Below are positions 1 to 11,720 of a stretch of 64,000 nucleotides of DNA, piece after piece (the stretch's first letter is position 1; each line of letters opens with the position of its first letter). The notes under the pieces were generated by a model. It had not been told where the DNA came from. It saw only the letters and a program-made list of their open reading frames with translations, and searched no databases. The translations under genes were made by a program, and so were the position numbers. The DNA comes from Eledone cirrhosa (taxonomy: Eukaryota), in contig CAXHJY010000343.1 in NCBI GenBank assembly GCA_964016885.1, positions 186,001 to 250,000 on the forward strand, in the 5' to 3' direction.

Positions 1-120
1 TTTCTAATGTTGTTATATATATTTTCACTTGTATATAATTACTGGGTCGTTGTAGGGTTCACATAATTATATTATTTACACACATTAATATAGACATTAA
101 GTAAATCTTTGTCAACTTAC

Positions 121-319
121 CTCCTTCACATATAATCAATGTGTTGTGTTGTTAGTTGTTACTAAACAACCAAAGAAATAATCTCTTTGTTATCAAATTA
201 GAAGTTTCAATGTTATCAGCTTTATTTCACGACATTAACGTTGGTGTATCTTCTTCATCTTTAGTCATAAATTGATATCTTGTCAGAATGAAGAAGTGAG
301 GCTGACTTTATGTCTTTAG
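121..319 (-). other. Putative 199-bp 5' non-coding exon of a ZNF gene lying left of the window
   Basis: Minus-strand acceptor ...TAG| at 320-321 and donor GAG|GTAAGT at 115-120. Same length and splice sites in the other unit copies. No transcript evidence. Confidence 0.45.
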
Positions 320-2754
320 CTACATATTTGATAGGAAATATATATATATTAGGTTGATATGTGGTCTAAAATATATATATTGTCTATAAATGACTGATAG
401 CAGATGTTCTAGTGAAATAGTAGTTTTACTACTACAGATTGTAATGGAACTCTTAGTAGACACAATTGTAAAGTAAGAATAGATATGACAGTGTAAGACT
501 GGTGTCGGGGAATTAAAATTGTGTGTATATATATATATAATTGTTACACAAGATATAATTAGATTAATTAAAGTTATAATGAAGACAGCAGGTACCCGGT
601 GTCGTTGAGAACGTTTCAACTGTCGTACCGGTGTCATACGTTAAAAGTCCCTGTTATAATTTAATACCTTCAGACACAATTCCAATCGTATTTAATTGAT
701 TGTAAATCAGAAAGTATCACTCAGTAAAATATCAATTATATATCAATAAGAAAACCTCCACGTAGTCTCACTGACTGCTAGAAATAGCAGCGATATTATA
801 CAATACAACTGCTCTCTCTCTCCAAATATGTATACACATATATGTACGTATGTATGTATATGGGTATGAATGAGTGTGTATATGTGTACATAGGGTTTTG
901 GTATATGTACGTTCGGTGAACATATGTGTATTTACCTGTAGGTATGTGTGAGTGTGCGTTCTATACGCATTTATGCGTGTATATTTATATATGTATATAT
1001 AATTATATGTATACACACAAACATATATTTATGTGTATTTGGTGTATATGTCCGTACGTGTGCGGGTATATGTGTCGCACCGGTTTACGTCTGTGTGTGC
1101 GTGTTTATGTGTACGTGCATGTATATGCATGCATGCCGTGTGTTTTCGTATATACACGTGTATAAATGTGTGTATGTATATATTTAATTATTATTACTTT
1201 TATGATTTTAATAACCTCTGTCATTTTCGTTCAACTAATTTATTTACATTATTCTGAACTCCGAAGCCGAGAATCATTCAGTTTCCTAAATAGTATATTA
1301 GTCTACGACTCCATTTATACCATAAACGTGGTTTTTTCTTTACGTGAAATTGTTGTCACCGCTCCACATAACGACGTATTATCTTCGCTTTTTTCCGTTC
1401 ATTGCCAGGAAACGTCTTCACGAACCAAAGTATCGTCTTCCTGTTTTCCTTCGGTTGCAAAGTTTTTCGAAATATTTACTTTTTCGATCATGGATTGATT
1501 TTTTATTAGTTTCAGAAGATCCCATTAAGGGGGAAAGCAGCGATTCTTTGCTTAAACTATAATCTGTTATTTTAATATATTTATATATATATATATATAT
1601 ATAATTGGTTTTGGATGCTTAAAGCGTCCATATGCAGTAGGCCGTTTGAGCACTCGATGCTCTCATAGAGCAGAGTATATCACAGAAAAAGAGAGAATCA
1701 GTGTTGCGATGAGTGGAATTTAGTGGACATATTACAATCGTTTCTATGGCGACCAGCTCTGGGTACAATCGATGTGATGATCGAACCTGAAAATCTCAAG
1801 GTCCTCAGTTACGTCTTGATTCTATCATATATATACATATATCTGAAGGGCGGTGCCCCAGCATGGCCTCAGCCAGATAGTTGGAACACGTAAAAGAATA
1901 AAAGAATATAATACATACGTGTATATTCCTATATTGTATTTATCCTCATCACAATTTAAACTCCAATTTACATGTTAGCATGGGTCAGACGAGTTGTCCT
2001 ATTGTGTGAAAACTTAGATCAAATAACCCTGCCTTGCTCAGGCAAGAACCATTTCTGGTTGGATTGTACGGCTGGATGCCCTTCCTAACTCCAACCACAT
2101 TTACAGGGTGGACTTGGTATTTATTGTTGTGTTGCTAACATGACCAACCTACAGGGTGGACTGGGTGCTTTTTGCTGCTCTTTGTCATGTCACCAATTTG
2201 AAGGGTGGTTCGGGTCCCTTCAGTCTTGCCACTAGCATGACCACTTTACAAGGTGGGCTAGAGGCCTCCTGTCATGTCTACATCACTGGGTGAACTGGGT
2301 GCTTATTTGTCATGTCACCAGCATGACTACCTTGCAGGGAGGGTTACGTGCTCTTTGTCATATTACCTAACAGAGAGGACTCTGTGTTCTTTTGTCATGA
2401 CACTTGCACGACCACCTTACAGGGTTGTTTGAGGGCTTTTAGCCATTTAAGCAGCATTGGGGAGAGCATGTTAAGCTTTCCATACTTGTATACATGGGTT
2501 GGTCAAGAAAGGTGTATCAGATGTGAAAGTGGGAGTGGGGCTGTGCGTATGTAGGGTGGAGATTGGAGAGGTAGGTCAGGGTGGAGTACTTAGCTGGTAA
2601 GGGGGTGGAGTGTTAAGATGTAGAGAGGAGGAAAATTGGTTTGTCTGTGTGCGCGTGTTTATGTGTACGTGCATGTATATGCAGGGTGTGTGTTTTCGCG
2701 TATGCACGTGTATAAATGTGTGTATGTATATATTTAATTATTATTACTTTTATG

Positions 2755-2866
2755 CATGGTGTGAGTTCAAATCCCACTGAGGTTAACTTTGCCTTTCATC
2801 CTTACAGGGTCGATAAAATAAAGTACCAGTAATGTACTGGTTTATTGCTGACCAAAAAGTAGAAAC
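2755..2866 (+). mobile_element. Short SINE copy (GTTCAAATCC B-box plus GCCTTTCATCC..GGGTCGATAAAATAAAGTACCAG core)
   Basis: Absent from paralogous site ~1190-1204. Flanked by ATTATTACTTTTATG / ATTATTAGTTTTATG target-site duplication. Same family at 43600 and 51839. Confidence 0.8.
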
Positions 2867-3247
2867 AATTATTAGTTTTATGATTTTAAAACCTCTGTAA
2901 TTTTCGTTCAACTAATTTATTTTCATTATTCTGAACTCCTAAGCCGAGAATCATTCAGTTTCCTAAATAGTATATCAGTCTACGACTCTATTTATACCAT
3001 AAACGTGGTTTTGTCTTTACGTGTAATTGTTATCTACGCTCCACATAACGACGTATTATCTTCGCTTTTTTCTGTTCATTGCCAGGAAACGTCTTCACGA
3101 ACCAAAGTATCGTCTTCCTGTTTTCCTTCGGTTGCAAAGTTTTTCGAAGTATTTACTTTTTCGGTCATGGATTGATTTTTTTTTTAGTTTCAGAAGATCC
3201 CGTTAAGGGGGAAAGCAGCGATTCTTTGCTTAAACTTTAATCTGTTA

Positions 3248-3292
<45 letters not shown>

Positions 3293-3511
3293 GGTTTTGG
3301 ATGCTTAAAGCGTCCATATGCAGTAGGCCGTTTGAGCACTCGATGCTCTCATAGAGCAGAGTATATCACAGAAAAAGTGAGAATCAGTGTTGCGATGAGT
3401 GGAATTTAGTGGACATATTACAATCGTTTCTCTGGCGACCAGCTCTGGGTACAATCGATGTGATGATCGAACCTGAAAATCTCAAGGTCCTCAGATACGT
3501 CTTGATTCTAT

Positions 3512-6500
3512 TTGAAAAGATGATGGATTTCACACATGGTCAGGTCACCAGTTGGTGCTACTGGTAACATGTATCCCAGTACAACCTGTCTCATGGTCGG
3601 GTCGTTGGCGACTAAACTGGCAACCCCACCAAGGTTTCTTGGTGAGGAGGGTGACTTTGGACATCCTGCAGGACTAAAAATAAAACCTGTCGAAGGGCAA
3701 ATGAACTCCTGGGAGCTCTTAAGAGCTCTTGGAGTCAATGGCCATCCAAAACCAGCACAGCCCGCCGAAAGGCGCTGCAGTGCCAAAAAGTCAACTTCCT
3801 GCTACTAGTATGCTGGTAAGCTAGTACAACGTGTCTCCAGACAGATAGAGTGGGTCCGTAGCTTTGGTTAACGACTACTCTAGTGCTTGCAACACGAACA
3901 ATTAGGGCGAGGGTATAAATACCAGGTTGGTATCTGGTGCCGGGTAACCCACCACACGGAGGAGAAAGCACCTTCTTCAAGACTTGGCTGTCAAATTCTT
4001 TCCATGTGTGTAGTAGTGGCGCCCACACACATTATTAGCTATTTGAAAAGATGATGGATTTCACAATTAACTGCACCAGGGTTCCTGTTCCTCAGGGAAC
4101 CACACTGTATGGTATACCTGTTGATATAGGTCCAGCCCCTGCTTTCCCAGGTCCTGTTTCTGATCATAATGCACCTACAAAGGCATCGAATGATGATGAA
4201 TCCTCAAATCTCAAGGGACGGGGTTCATCTGATGGAGAAGAAACAGGTCCTAACCAAACAACAAGCAAATCTCGCTTAGTTAGCTGTAAAAAGTAAATAA
4301 TAGTTAGCTCCTTGAACACCAGAACCCTCCTTCCAACAGGTAGACTCCAGGAGCTGGCAGAGAATGCCAAACTTCAGAACATTGACATCCTTGCAGTCCA
4401 AGAACACCGCTTTTTCCACCCAAAGGATGATCTCAAGTATCACACCCTAGGATCCTACCAACTTGTCACCTCTTCAGCCACCAAGAACCCTGTCAATGCC
4501 TCCGTCGGAGGAGTCGGCTGCCTTCTCTCATCTAAAGCCAGCAATAATCTTCTGGGGATTGAAACAATCTCTCCCAGAATCTTGGTGCTTACACTAGAGG
4601 GCAATCCTAGAACCACTGCGATATGTGTATACCGTCCTCATAACGCCTCTCCTGAGGATGAGGTAAGAGAATTCTACACGACCCTTCGCACAGTTGTTGA
4701 GCAAGTACCCTTACACAACTTTCTTATCATCGCTGGAGACCTCAACGCTCAACTTGGCCCGGATGAAGTAAAGTTCACATACAATAGGGTTACTAACCGA
4801 AACGGGGAATATCTCAAGGACTTCATGGAAGAATTCAGTCTATTCAGCTCAAACAACAACTTCATGAAGACCAGAGGCCGGCTTTAGACCTTCGAATACC
4901 CAAACCAAAAACGAGCTCAGATTGACTATTTGATATTTCGCAAGAAATGGAGAAACTCAATCAAAGATTCTAGATCTTATTCCTCCTTTAGCTCTGTTGG
5001 CTCAGATCATCGAGTCATCTTCGCAACAATCAAACTTAGTCTCAGGATATCCAAGAGGGCCGAACCTCACCCCATGAAAAGAATAGACTGGAAAGCCGTT
5101 TCTTCCAACAAACAACTATCCAATAGCTTCACGCTTCAAGTCTATAACAGATTTCAATCTCTCTCAACTTCTGACATCAATGACGATAATATTGAGGATG
5201 TGTATGACTGTCTTAAGCAATCAACAGAGGAAGTTGCACTTGCCACCCTACCTAAAAGGAAAAACCGAAGCCAAATGAAACCGAGTGCCTCAGAGAAGGT
5301 AGTTGAGGCAAGGGCCCATCTTAGGTCAATATCCCAATCTCACCATCAATCACCATCTCAAGGGGAAAAGATACAGCTTATCATGGCCAAAAAATCACTA
5401 GACGACGCTTATCTTAATGCTGAAGCCAACTATATCTCAGGTAGGATTGATCAGCTATCGCAACATCACATCAGCAAACACCATCATCTTGCTTGGAAGG
5501 TTGTCAAAGATCTTTCAGGCAAAAACTCAAACTCTGCAGTTAGAATCAAGGGAGGCTCTGCCAAAAAACGTCTTGAAAATTGGTCTGCTCATTTTAAAAA
5601 CCTTCTAGGGAAAAAGGCCAGACTCCCTGATAACTATCAACTGCCATCCGTTCAGGTTTCAGAGCCTTTAGCAATCAACACCTCTCCTTTCACCATGCCT
5701 GAGCTCAAAGAAGCCATCAAACAGCTCAAAGCCTCAAAAGCCTTTGGGCCGGATAATATACCTACCCTGATTTGGAAGGAGGAGCATTTCACATCCTTTT
5801 GCTCAACTTATGTAACCATACTTTCGAGACCAATAAACCACCTAGCGTCTGGCATGCAGCTCAAATTATCCCCATGCCCAAAAAAGGAGATCTTTCTTTA
5901 ACCACCAACTATAGAGGAATTTCTCTCATGGCAATTGCTGCAAAAATATACAACAAGCTTCTTCTTAACCGCTTAATCCCATTTCTTGAGCCAATCCTTC
6001 GTAACAACCAGAATGGATTTAGGAGAGGTAGATCAACACTTAGCCAGATTCTCTGCCTTCGCCGACTTATAGAGGAGTCCCAAAACCGCAATCTAGACCT
6101 TGCACTCATCTTTGTTGATTTTTCAAAAGCCTTCGACTCAGTTGACAGGTCGGGGATGTTTGAAATTCTACAACTTTATGGGATTCCTGATAAAATCATC
6201 GCGGCCATACGTGTAAGGTATACAGATACCAAATCAACTGTCCTGACCCCAGATGGGGAAACACCACCTTTCTCAATCCTCGCTGGAATTTTACAGGGCG
6301 ATAACCTTGCTCCGTATCTATTTATCATTGTTGTGGATTATGTTTTGCGCATGTCTGTGGATAGGATTCAGGATAGGGGATACCAACTACAGCCTAGGAG
6401 AAGCTCACGCTACCCAGCAAAATACTTGACCGACACCGACTTTGCTGACGACATCGCATTGATCAGTCGGTCACTGGAAAATGCTGAGAGTCTTTTGAAG

Positions 6501-7193
6501 TCATTAGAGCAAGCGTCCAACTGTGTTGGACTGTACCTCAACGAATCCAAGACTGAGTGTGTGAACAGATGCGCAAACAGCCCAAACTACCCCATCAGAA
6601 CCCTTAATGGTACCACCCTTAAGCAGGTGAAGATTACAATTATCTTGGCTCATATATCTCCTCCTCCAAAAAAGATTTTCTAACCAAGAAAGGTATGGCA
6701 TGGTCAGCGTGCAATGACATGCATGCCATATGGACATCTCAACTTACCAACAAGCTAAAACTGGAAATATTCCAAGCAACCCTTAAGCCCATATTACTTT
6801 ATGGATCCGAAACTTGGACACTAACATCACAACTTGAGAGGAGATTGGATGGCACATATACCCGCCTCTTAATGAGAGTGCAAAACCTATCCTGGAAACG
6901 ACATCCCACCTTGTCTAAAATCTATGGCAAACTCCCTCAGGCCTCTGCCCTTCTAAAATCCCGGAGAGCTCAATTTGCTGGCCACTGTCACCGTGCCAGC
7001 AATGAAATCATATCCGCTCTCTTGCTCTGGAACCCTGACACCAGCCTGACTAGGAGAAGGAAGCTGTCATTCCCTGACGTTATCTCTAGGGATACGGGAA
7101 TCAGCAGACAGGACCTGGGGGCAGGGGATTCTGGGGCATGAGAGTGAGATGCATCATCTCGACAGTAGTCGACGAGTGATGATGTGTGATGAT
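3512..7193 (+). mobile_element. Near full-length RTE-group (RTE/RTEX-like) non-LTR retrotransposon, pseudogenised
   Basis: ORF from ATG 4051 with APE endonuclease (AVQEH, GDLNA, SDH) and RT (NYRGISL, QNGFR, DFSKAFD, LQGD, FADD). In-frame stops at 4294 and 4885, frameshifts near 5790 and 6630, (GAT)n-like tail. Empty site at ~1825. Confidence 0.9.
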
Positions 7194-7329
7194 ATATATA
7201 CATATATCTGAAGGGCGGTGCCCCAGCATGGCCTCAGCCAGATAGCTGGAACACGTAAAAGAGTAAAAGAATATAATACATACGTGTATATTCCTATATT
7301 GTATTTATCCTCATCACAATTTAAACTCC

Positions 7330-8590
7330 AATTTACATGCTAGCATGGGTCAGACGTGTTGTCCTATTGTGTGAAAACTTAGATCAAATAACCCTGTCTT
7401 GCTCATGCAAGAACCATTTCTGGTTGGATTGTACGGCAGGATGCCCTTCCTAACTCCAACCACATTTACAGGGTGGACTTGGTATTTATTGTTGTGTTGC
7501 TAACATGACCAACCTACAGGGTGGACTGGGTGCTTTTTGCTGCTCTTTGTCATGTCATCAATTTGAAGGGTGGTTCGGGTCCCTTCAGCCTTGCCACTAG
7601 CATGACCACATTACAGGGTGGGCTAGAGGCCTCCTGTCATGTCTACATCACTGGGTGAACTGGGTGCTTATTTGTCATGTCACCAGCATGACTACCTTGC
7701 AGGGAGGGTTAGGTGCTCTTTTGTCATATTACCTAACAGAGAGGACTCTGTGTTCTTTTGTCATGACACTTGCATGGCCACCTTACAGGAGTGTCCGAGG
7801 GCTTATAGCCATTTAAGCAGCATTGGGGGAGAGCATGTTCAGCTTTCCATACTTGTATACATGGGTTGGTCAAGAAAGGTGTTTCAGATGTGAAAGTGGG
7901 GGTGGGGCTGTGTGTATGTAGGGTGGAGATTGGAGAGGTAGGTCAGGGTGGAGTACTTAGCTGGTAAGGGGGTGGAGTGTTAAGATGTGGGGAGGAGGAA
8001 AATTAGAGCATACTTCAAACCACTAAATGTTGTGTCAACCCGTGGACATGGGAATGCAGGTCTCCTGCAGTACTGTATAACGCCAGAGATTTCAATCCTG
8101 TGTCATCACCTTTGAGAGGTACAATGGTGTCAGGTCAGTTTTTACCTCCTCATCCCAAGCTTTCCTAGGTCTTCCTCTTCCATCAATTTCAAGCAGTCAA
8201 CCTTTTATACAGCATCTCTACCTTCATACACATCCCCATACCACAGCAATCTCCTCTCCTGCATAGGTTCTCTCTCTGCTTATTTACACTTTCCCCTTCA
8301 TGTATATTAATATTACACATCCATCGGAGAATTCAAGCTTCATTTCTATCCAATCTTCTGAGGTCCTCACTGCACACAGTGCCCAGATCTCACTGCGATG
8401 CAGCATTGCTGTTCATATGCAGACATCAATTTGATGAAACAACCTTTTGTAGCTAGCAGCAGTAGTAACACCCTAAACCTTTGCCATTTTGTTCTTACTC
8501 TGGTTTCTGTACTTTCAGAACACCTACCTCCACTGCTAATTTGGTCACCCAGGTAACAGAAACTGTCAACTGTTTCTATGGAACCCTTTA
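7330..8590 (-). mobile_element. Degraded 3' part of an RTE LINE (RT C-terminus plus 3' UTR); paralogous pieces at ~1975-2520 and ~22450-23000
   Basis: Reverse complement matches the ETVDSFCYLGD..SSGG and AMLH regions and the GGTTGG(T/A)GTTAGGAAGGGCATC 3' UTR motif of the RTE at 35.8-39.2 kb. Confidence 0.7.
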
Positions 8591-8974
8591 AATATTTGAT
8601 AGAGCTTGTCTCCTAAAAGCGATTGCTTCTTGCTGCTCCAGTGCAATGACCCCATGTAAAACCTACAGTTCTTAGTTAACTCATCTTGTATCTCACTAAA
8701 TCTCTTGTGGACCCATAGTCTCTTTAGAGTAAATAATGTTTCATACACATAACATGCATGTTTGACCAATGGTTTCCGAGTCCACTTATGGCCACCACTG
8801 TTTAATGGGGGGAGGCACTTCCAAACAGACCCTTCGTTAAGCATGCTGACAAATATATTAAAAGGAAGTTCTTTCCTCCAACAATTTTCACCCCAAACAG
8901 ACGAGAGTTTCATATTGTCAAAAAGGGAGGTAAATCTTTAGTGGTGGAATTGTCAGTCTTAATTATATATGTGA

Positions 8975-10393
8975 CTAGCAGAGGTACCTGGCGTATCTCG
9001 GGCATTAAATAGCTGTCATGTATAGCAATCATGTCAATACTTCAGTGCTGCTTCGAAAACTATACTTGTACACAAACGTCTTTTTCCAAAAGGGGGTTCC
9101 AGCCCCCCAGGAGTCCCCTACTCAATATGTCCCAATTCATCTGGAGAACGTACGTAGCCCATGTGTCAAGTTTGGTAAAAATCGGTTGCGAACTCCAGAA
9201 GTTATGACATTTTGTTGCAATGCACTGCAGTGCTTCAGGCGACACCAAGGAAGTGGTTAAAGGGGGTTATCTGCCCCTGGGGGCCCTATAATCAATATCT
9301 GGAAAAATGAAAGTGCCAATGACCATCCGAAATACATAAGTAACCTATGTCTTAAATACAACACTGCTTATAGATTTCTAACACTCTTGCAGTAGCTTTA
9401 CATTCAGCATCTTGCGATCATCTAATTGCTGCCTCCACTGATGATTCCTTTGATTTCCTTCTTTTCCCTCTCTCAGCTTTCGCTGTTTTTCGACCAATGG
9501 TGGATCTCTTCCTTGGAGGCCTTATCTAAGGAAAGAGGACGTAACACACTAAGATGAGTAAAATGTTAACCAAGAATTATTTAAGTTTTGCACATGTGAC
9601 GTGATTGTCACGGTGATCCAGTACAGCCTTCGTCAACCTAGGGGCCACATTAGAGAAAAAAATGGAAAATTTCATGAGTCCACAACACTTCGGGGAACAT
9701 AACCCATGTTTGTTCCAAATTTGAAGAAAATTGGTTGCAAACTGTAGAAGTAACGTAGGTACGGACATACACACACACATCCTCAGTTTTATATGTATAT
9801 ATATAGAGATCCATGTTTGTGTGTGTGTATGTGGACATTGTAACTTCCCCAGACACACAACACAACACACACAGTCACAGTACGTCTTGTGTGAAAGAGA
9901 GAGAAAGAGACGTAAGGTTGAGGAAGGGGGAGAGTTAAACAGTGTGTAAATAAATAAAAGTTAAAGTTATCAATCCCCTACACTCTCTTTCTCTCTCAAC
10001 CCTCTCTCTCTTTCTCTACAGAATGGAGAACACTCAACAACGCACATTGTCGTCCGCTTTGGTTGAAATTTCTATAAATATATTTCTAGTAAGTTGTTGC
10101 CTCATTTTAGAGGACTGAGTTGTGGGAGGAGGAAGGTAGTAGTGGGAGAGAGGGTTTAAAATACAGTAGTAGTATCACCTCTTCCCCCTCTCTCACTGAA
10201 ACATCTCTTTCCTCCTCCATTGTAAAGATGTCCACAAGGGTTCCATTATTGATTTTTATTGAAATATAATTAGCCAGTCCTGTTTCTGAATATTAGCTTA
10301 ACATGTGTGTAAAGTTTCATCAGGATCTGATCACTGGTGTAGGCACCAACTGGTTATACACAGATAGACAGAAATTGCCATTTATATAGTAGA
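8975..10393 (-). mobile_element. Non-autonomous Helitron with a second internal 5' end near 9809
   Basis: Minus strand starts TCTACTATATAAA and ends with a GC-rich hairpin then CTAG. Inserted between A8974 and T10394 with no TSD. Empty site in the paralog at ~23280. Confidence 0.85.
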
Positions 10394-10559
10394 TTATACA
10401 CACTTAGAAGTGGTTGATAGCTTTTACAATCTAGTTGACTTAATTAGCAGTGGAGGGGGCTGCTCTGAAAGATGAATAGCTAGAATAAGGATAGGATAGA
10501 AAAAGTTTAGAGAGCTACTGCAACAGTTGACCACAAAAGGTTTCTATCTCTGTACAAAA

Positions 10560-11040
10560 GGACAACTGTATGACACATGTGGGTGATGTGCAATGATGCA
10601 TGGTAACTAAACATGGCTGTGACTGCAGAGGATATGTAGACTGGAGAGAAATGCAACAACCATGATTTGTAGGATATGTTATGTAAGTGTGAGAGAAAGG
10701 CAGAGCTTGGACGAGTACAAGAAGAAGCTGGGTTTAAGAGTGATCTGAAGTGGTGTGTAAGAGAGAAGACTGTGTTTGTACGACATGTGATGAACATGGA
10801 TAATGACCACTGGGTGAAGAAGTGCCAGGAAATCCCAGTAGAAGGAAACCATAGTAGAGGTAGACCAAGAAAGACCTGGACAGAGGCTGTGTGAACTGAC
10901 TGCAAAGAACTGACTCTCACAGAGGAGATGACAAAGGAACACGTCAAGTGGAAAGATGCCATGTTGAGAAGGACCTGTCCAACCAAGCAAGCATAGAAAA
11001 ACCGACATAAAAACAGTGATGATGTTGATGAAGATGACGT
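10560..11040 (+). mobile_element. 3' fragment of an RTE LINE
   Basis: Translates to HVMNMDNDHWVKKC..VEG..RGRPRKTW and ends in a GATGAT-rich tail. Shorter paralog at ~23308-23437. Confidence 0.75.
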
Positions 11041-11257
11041 ACATATACACACATACATATACAAATAAATCAAACACAGATATGCACATACGTATATACA
11101 AACATAGATACAACATATACATGGACACAAATTTCTACACACATACATTCACATATATATAACGTGTGTAAATTCTGAAAAATACAGTTTTGTCGGCAAA
11201 ACTCTTGGTTACAACTTCTACAAATAAAATGAAAGAAGAATTTCTTAGTAAAACAGT

Positions 11258-11263
11258 TTTATT
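11258..11263 (-). promoter_or_regulatory. Candidate poly(A) signal AATAAA of ZNF copy A (paralog at 23660-23665 for copy B)
   Basis: Minus-strand AATAAA a few hundred bp past the stop, conserved with its flanks in two paralogs. Confidence 0.45.
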
Positions 11264-11349
11264 CAAAATATTAACAACATTGGTGGCACTATTTTGGGTG
11301 AGTGACATGGTTTTCATCTTGTCTAATTGTGTTACATTAAGTAATCTTT

Positions 11350-11720
11350 AGAAGAGAACGATTTACCACAGACATCACAGTGATATGGTTCCTCTCCTGT
11401 AGATGTTAGTGTCTAGTGAAGTCACAGAATTTAGAGAAGCATTTACCACAGACATCACAGTGATATGGTTCCTCTCCTGTAGATGTTAGTGTCTAATGAA
11501 GTCACAGAATTTAGAGAAGCATTTACCACAGACATCACAGTGATATGGTTCCTCTCCTGTAGATGTTAGTGTCTAATGAAGTCACAGAATTTAGAGAAGC
11601 ATTTACCAGACATCATAGTGATATGGTTCCTCTCCTGTAGATGTTAGTGTGTAGTGAAGCCACAACATTTAGAGAATGATTTACCACAGATATCATAGTG
11701 ATATGGCTTGTCTCCTGTAT
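11350..11720 (-). repeat. 80-bp tandem repeat derived from a frameshifted zinc-finger unit (~4 copies)
   Basis: AGATGTTAGT recurs at 11401, 11481, 11561 and 11639. Retains the ZF-like TTTACCACAGACATCACAGTGATATGG core. Confidence 0.85.

Larger units (their letters stand above)
1082..8004. repeat. Local tandem duplication: copy 1 ~1082-2637; copy 2 ~2638-8004, interrupted by a SINE and a LINE
   Basis: 1090-1825 matches 2643-3511 and 1827-2637 matches 7194-8004 almost base for base. Confidence 0.9.

Noticed and set aside
320-637. ORF MTPVRQLKRSQRH recurring at 20.3 and 52.2 kb
   Set aside because: Frame changes with (TA)n length between copies; recurrence reflects segmental duplication, not coding constraint.
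768-1257. Many short Y/I/C/V/H-rich ORFs (also 14.9-15.3, 17.8-18.3, 21.2-22.0, 29.0-29.5, 39.1-40.0, 53.2-53.8 kb)
   Set aside because: Translations of TA/CA/TG microsatellites.
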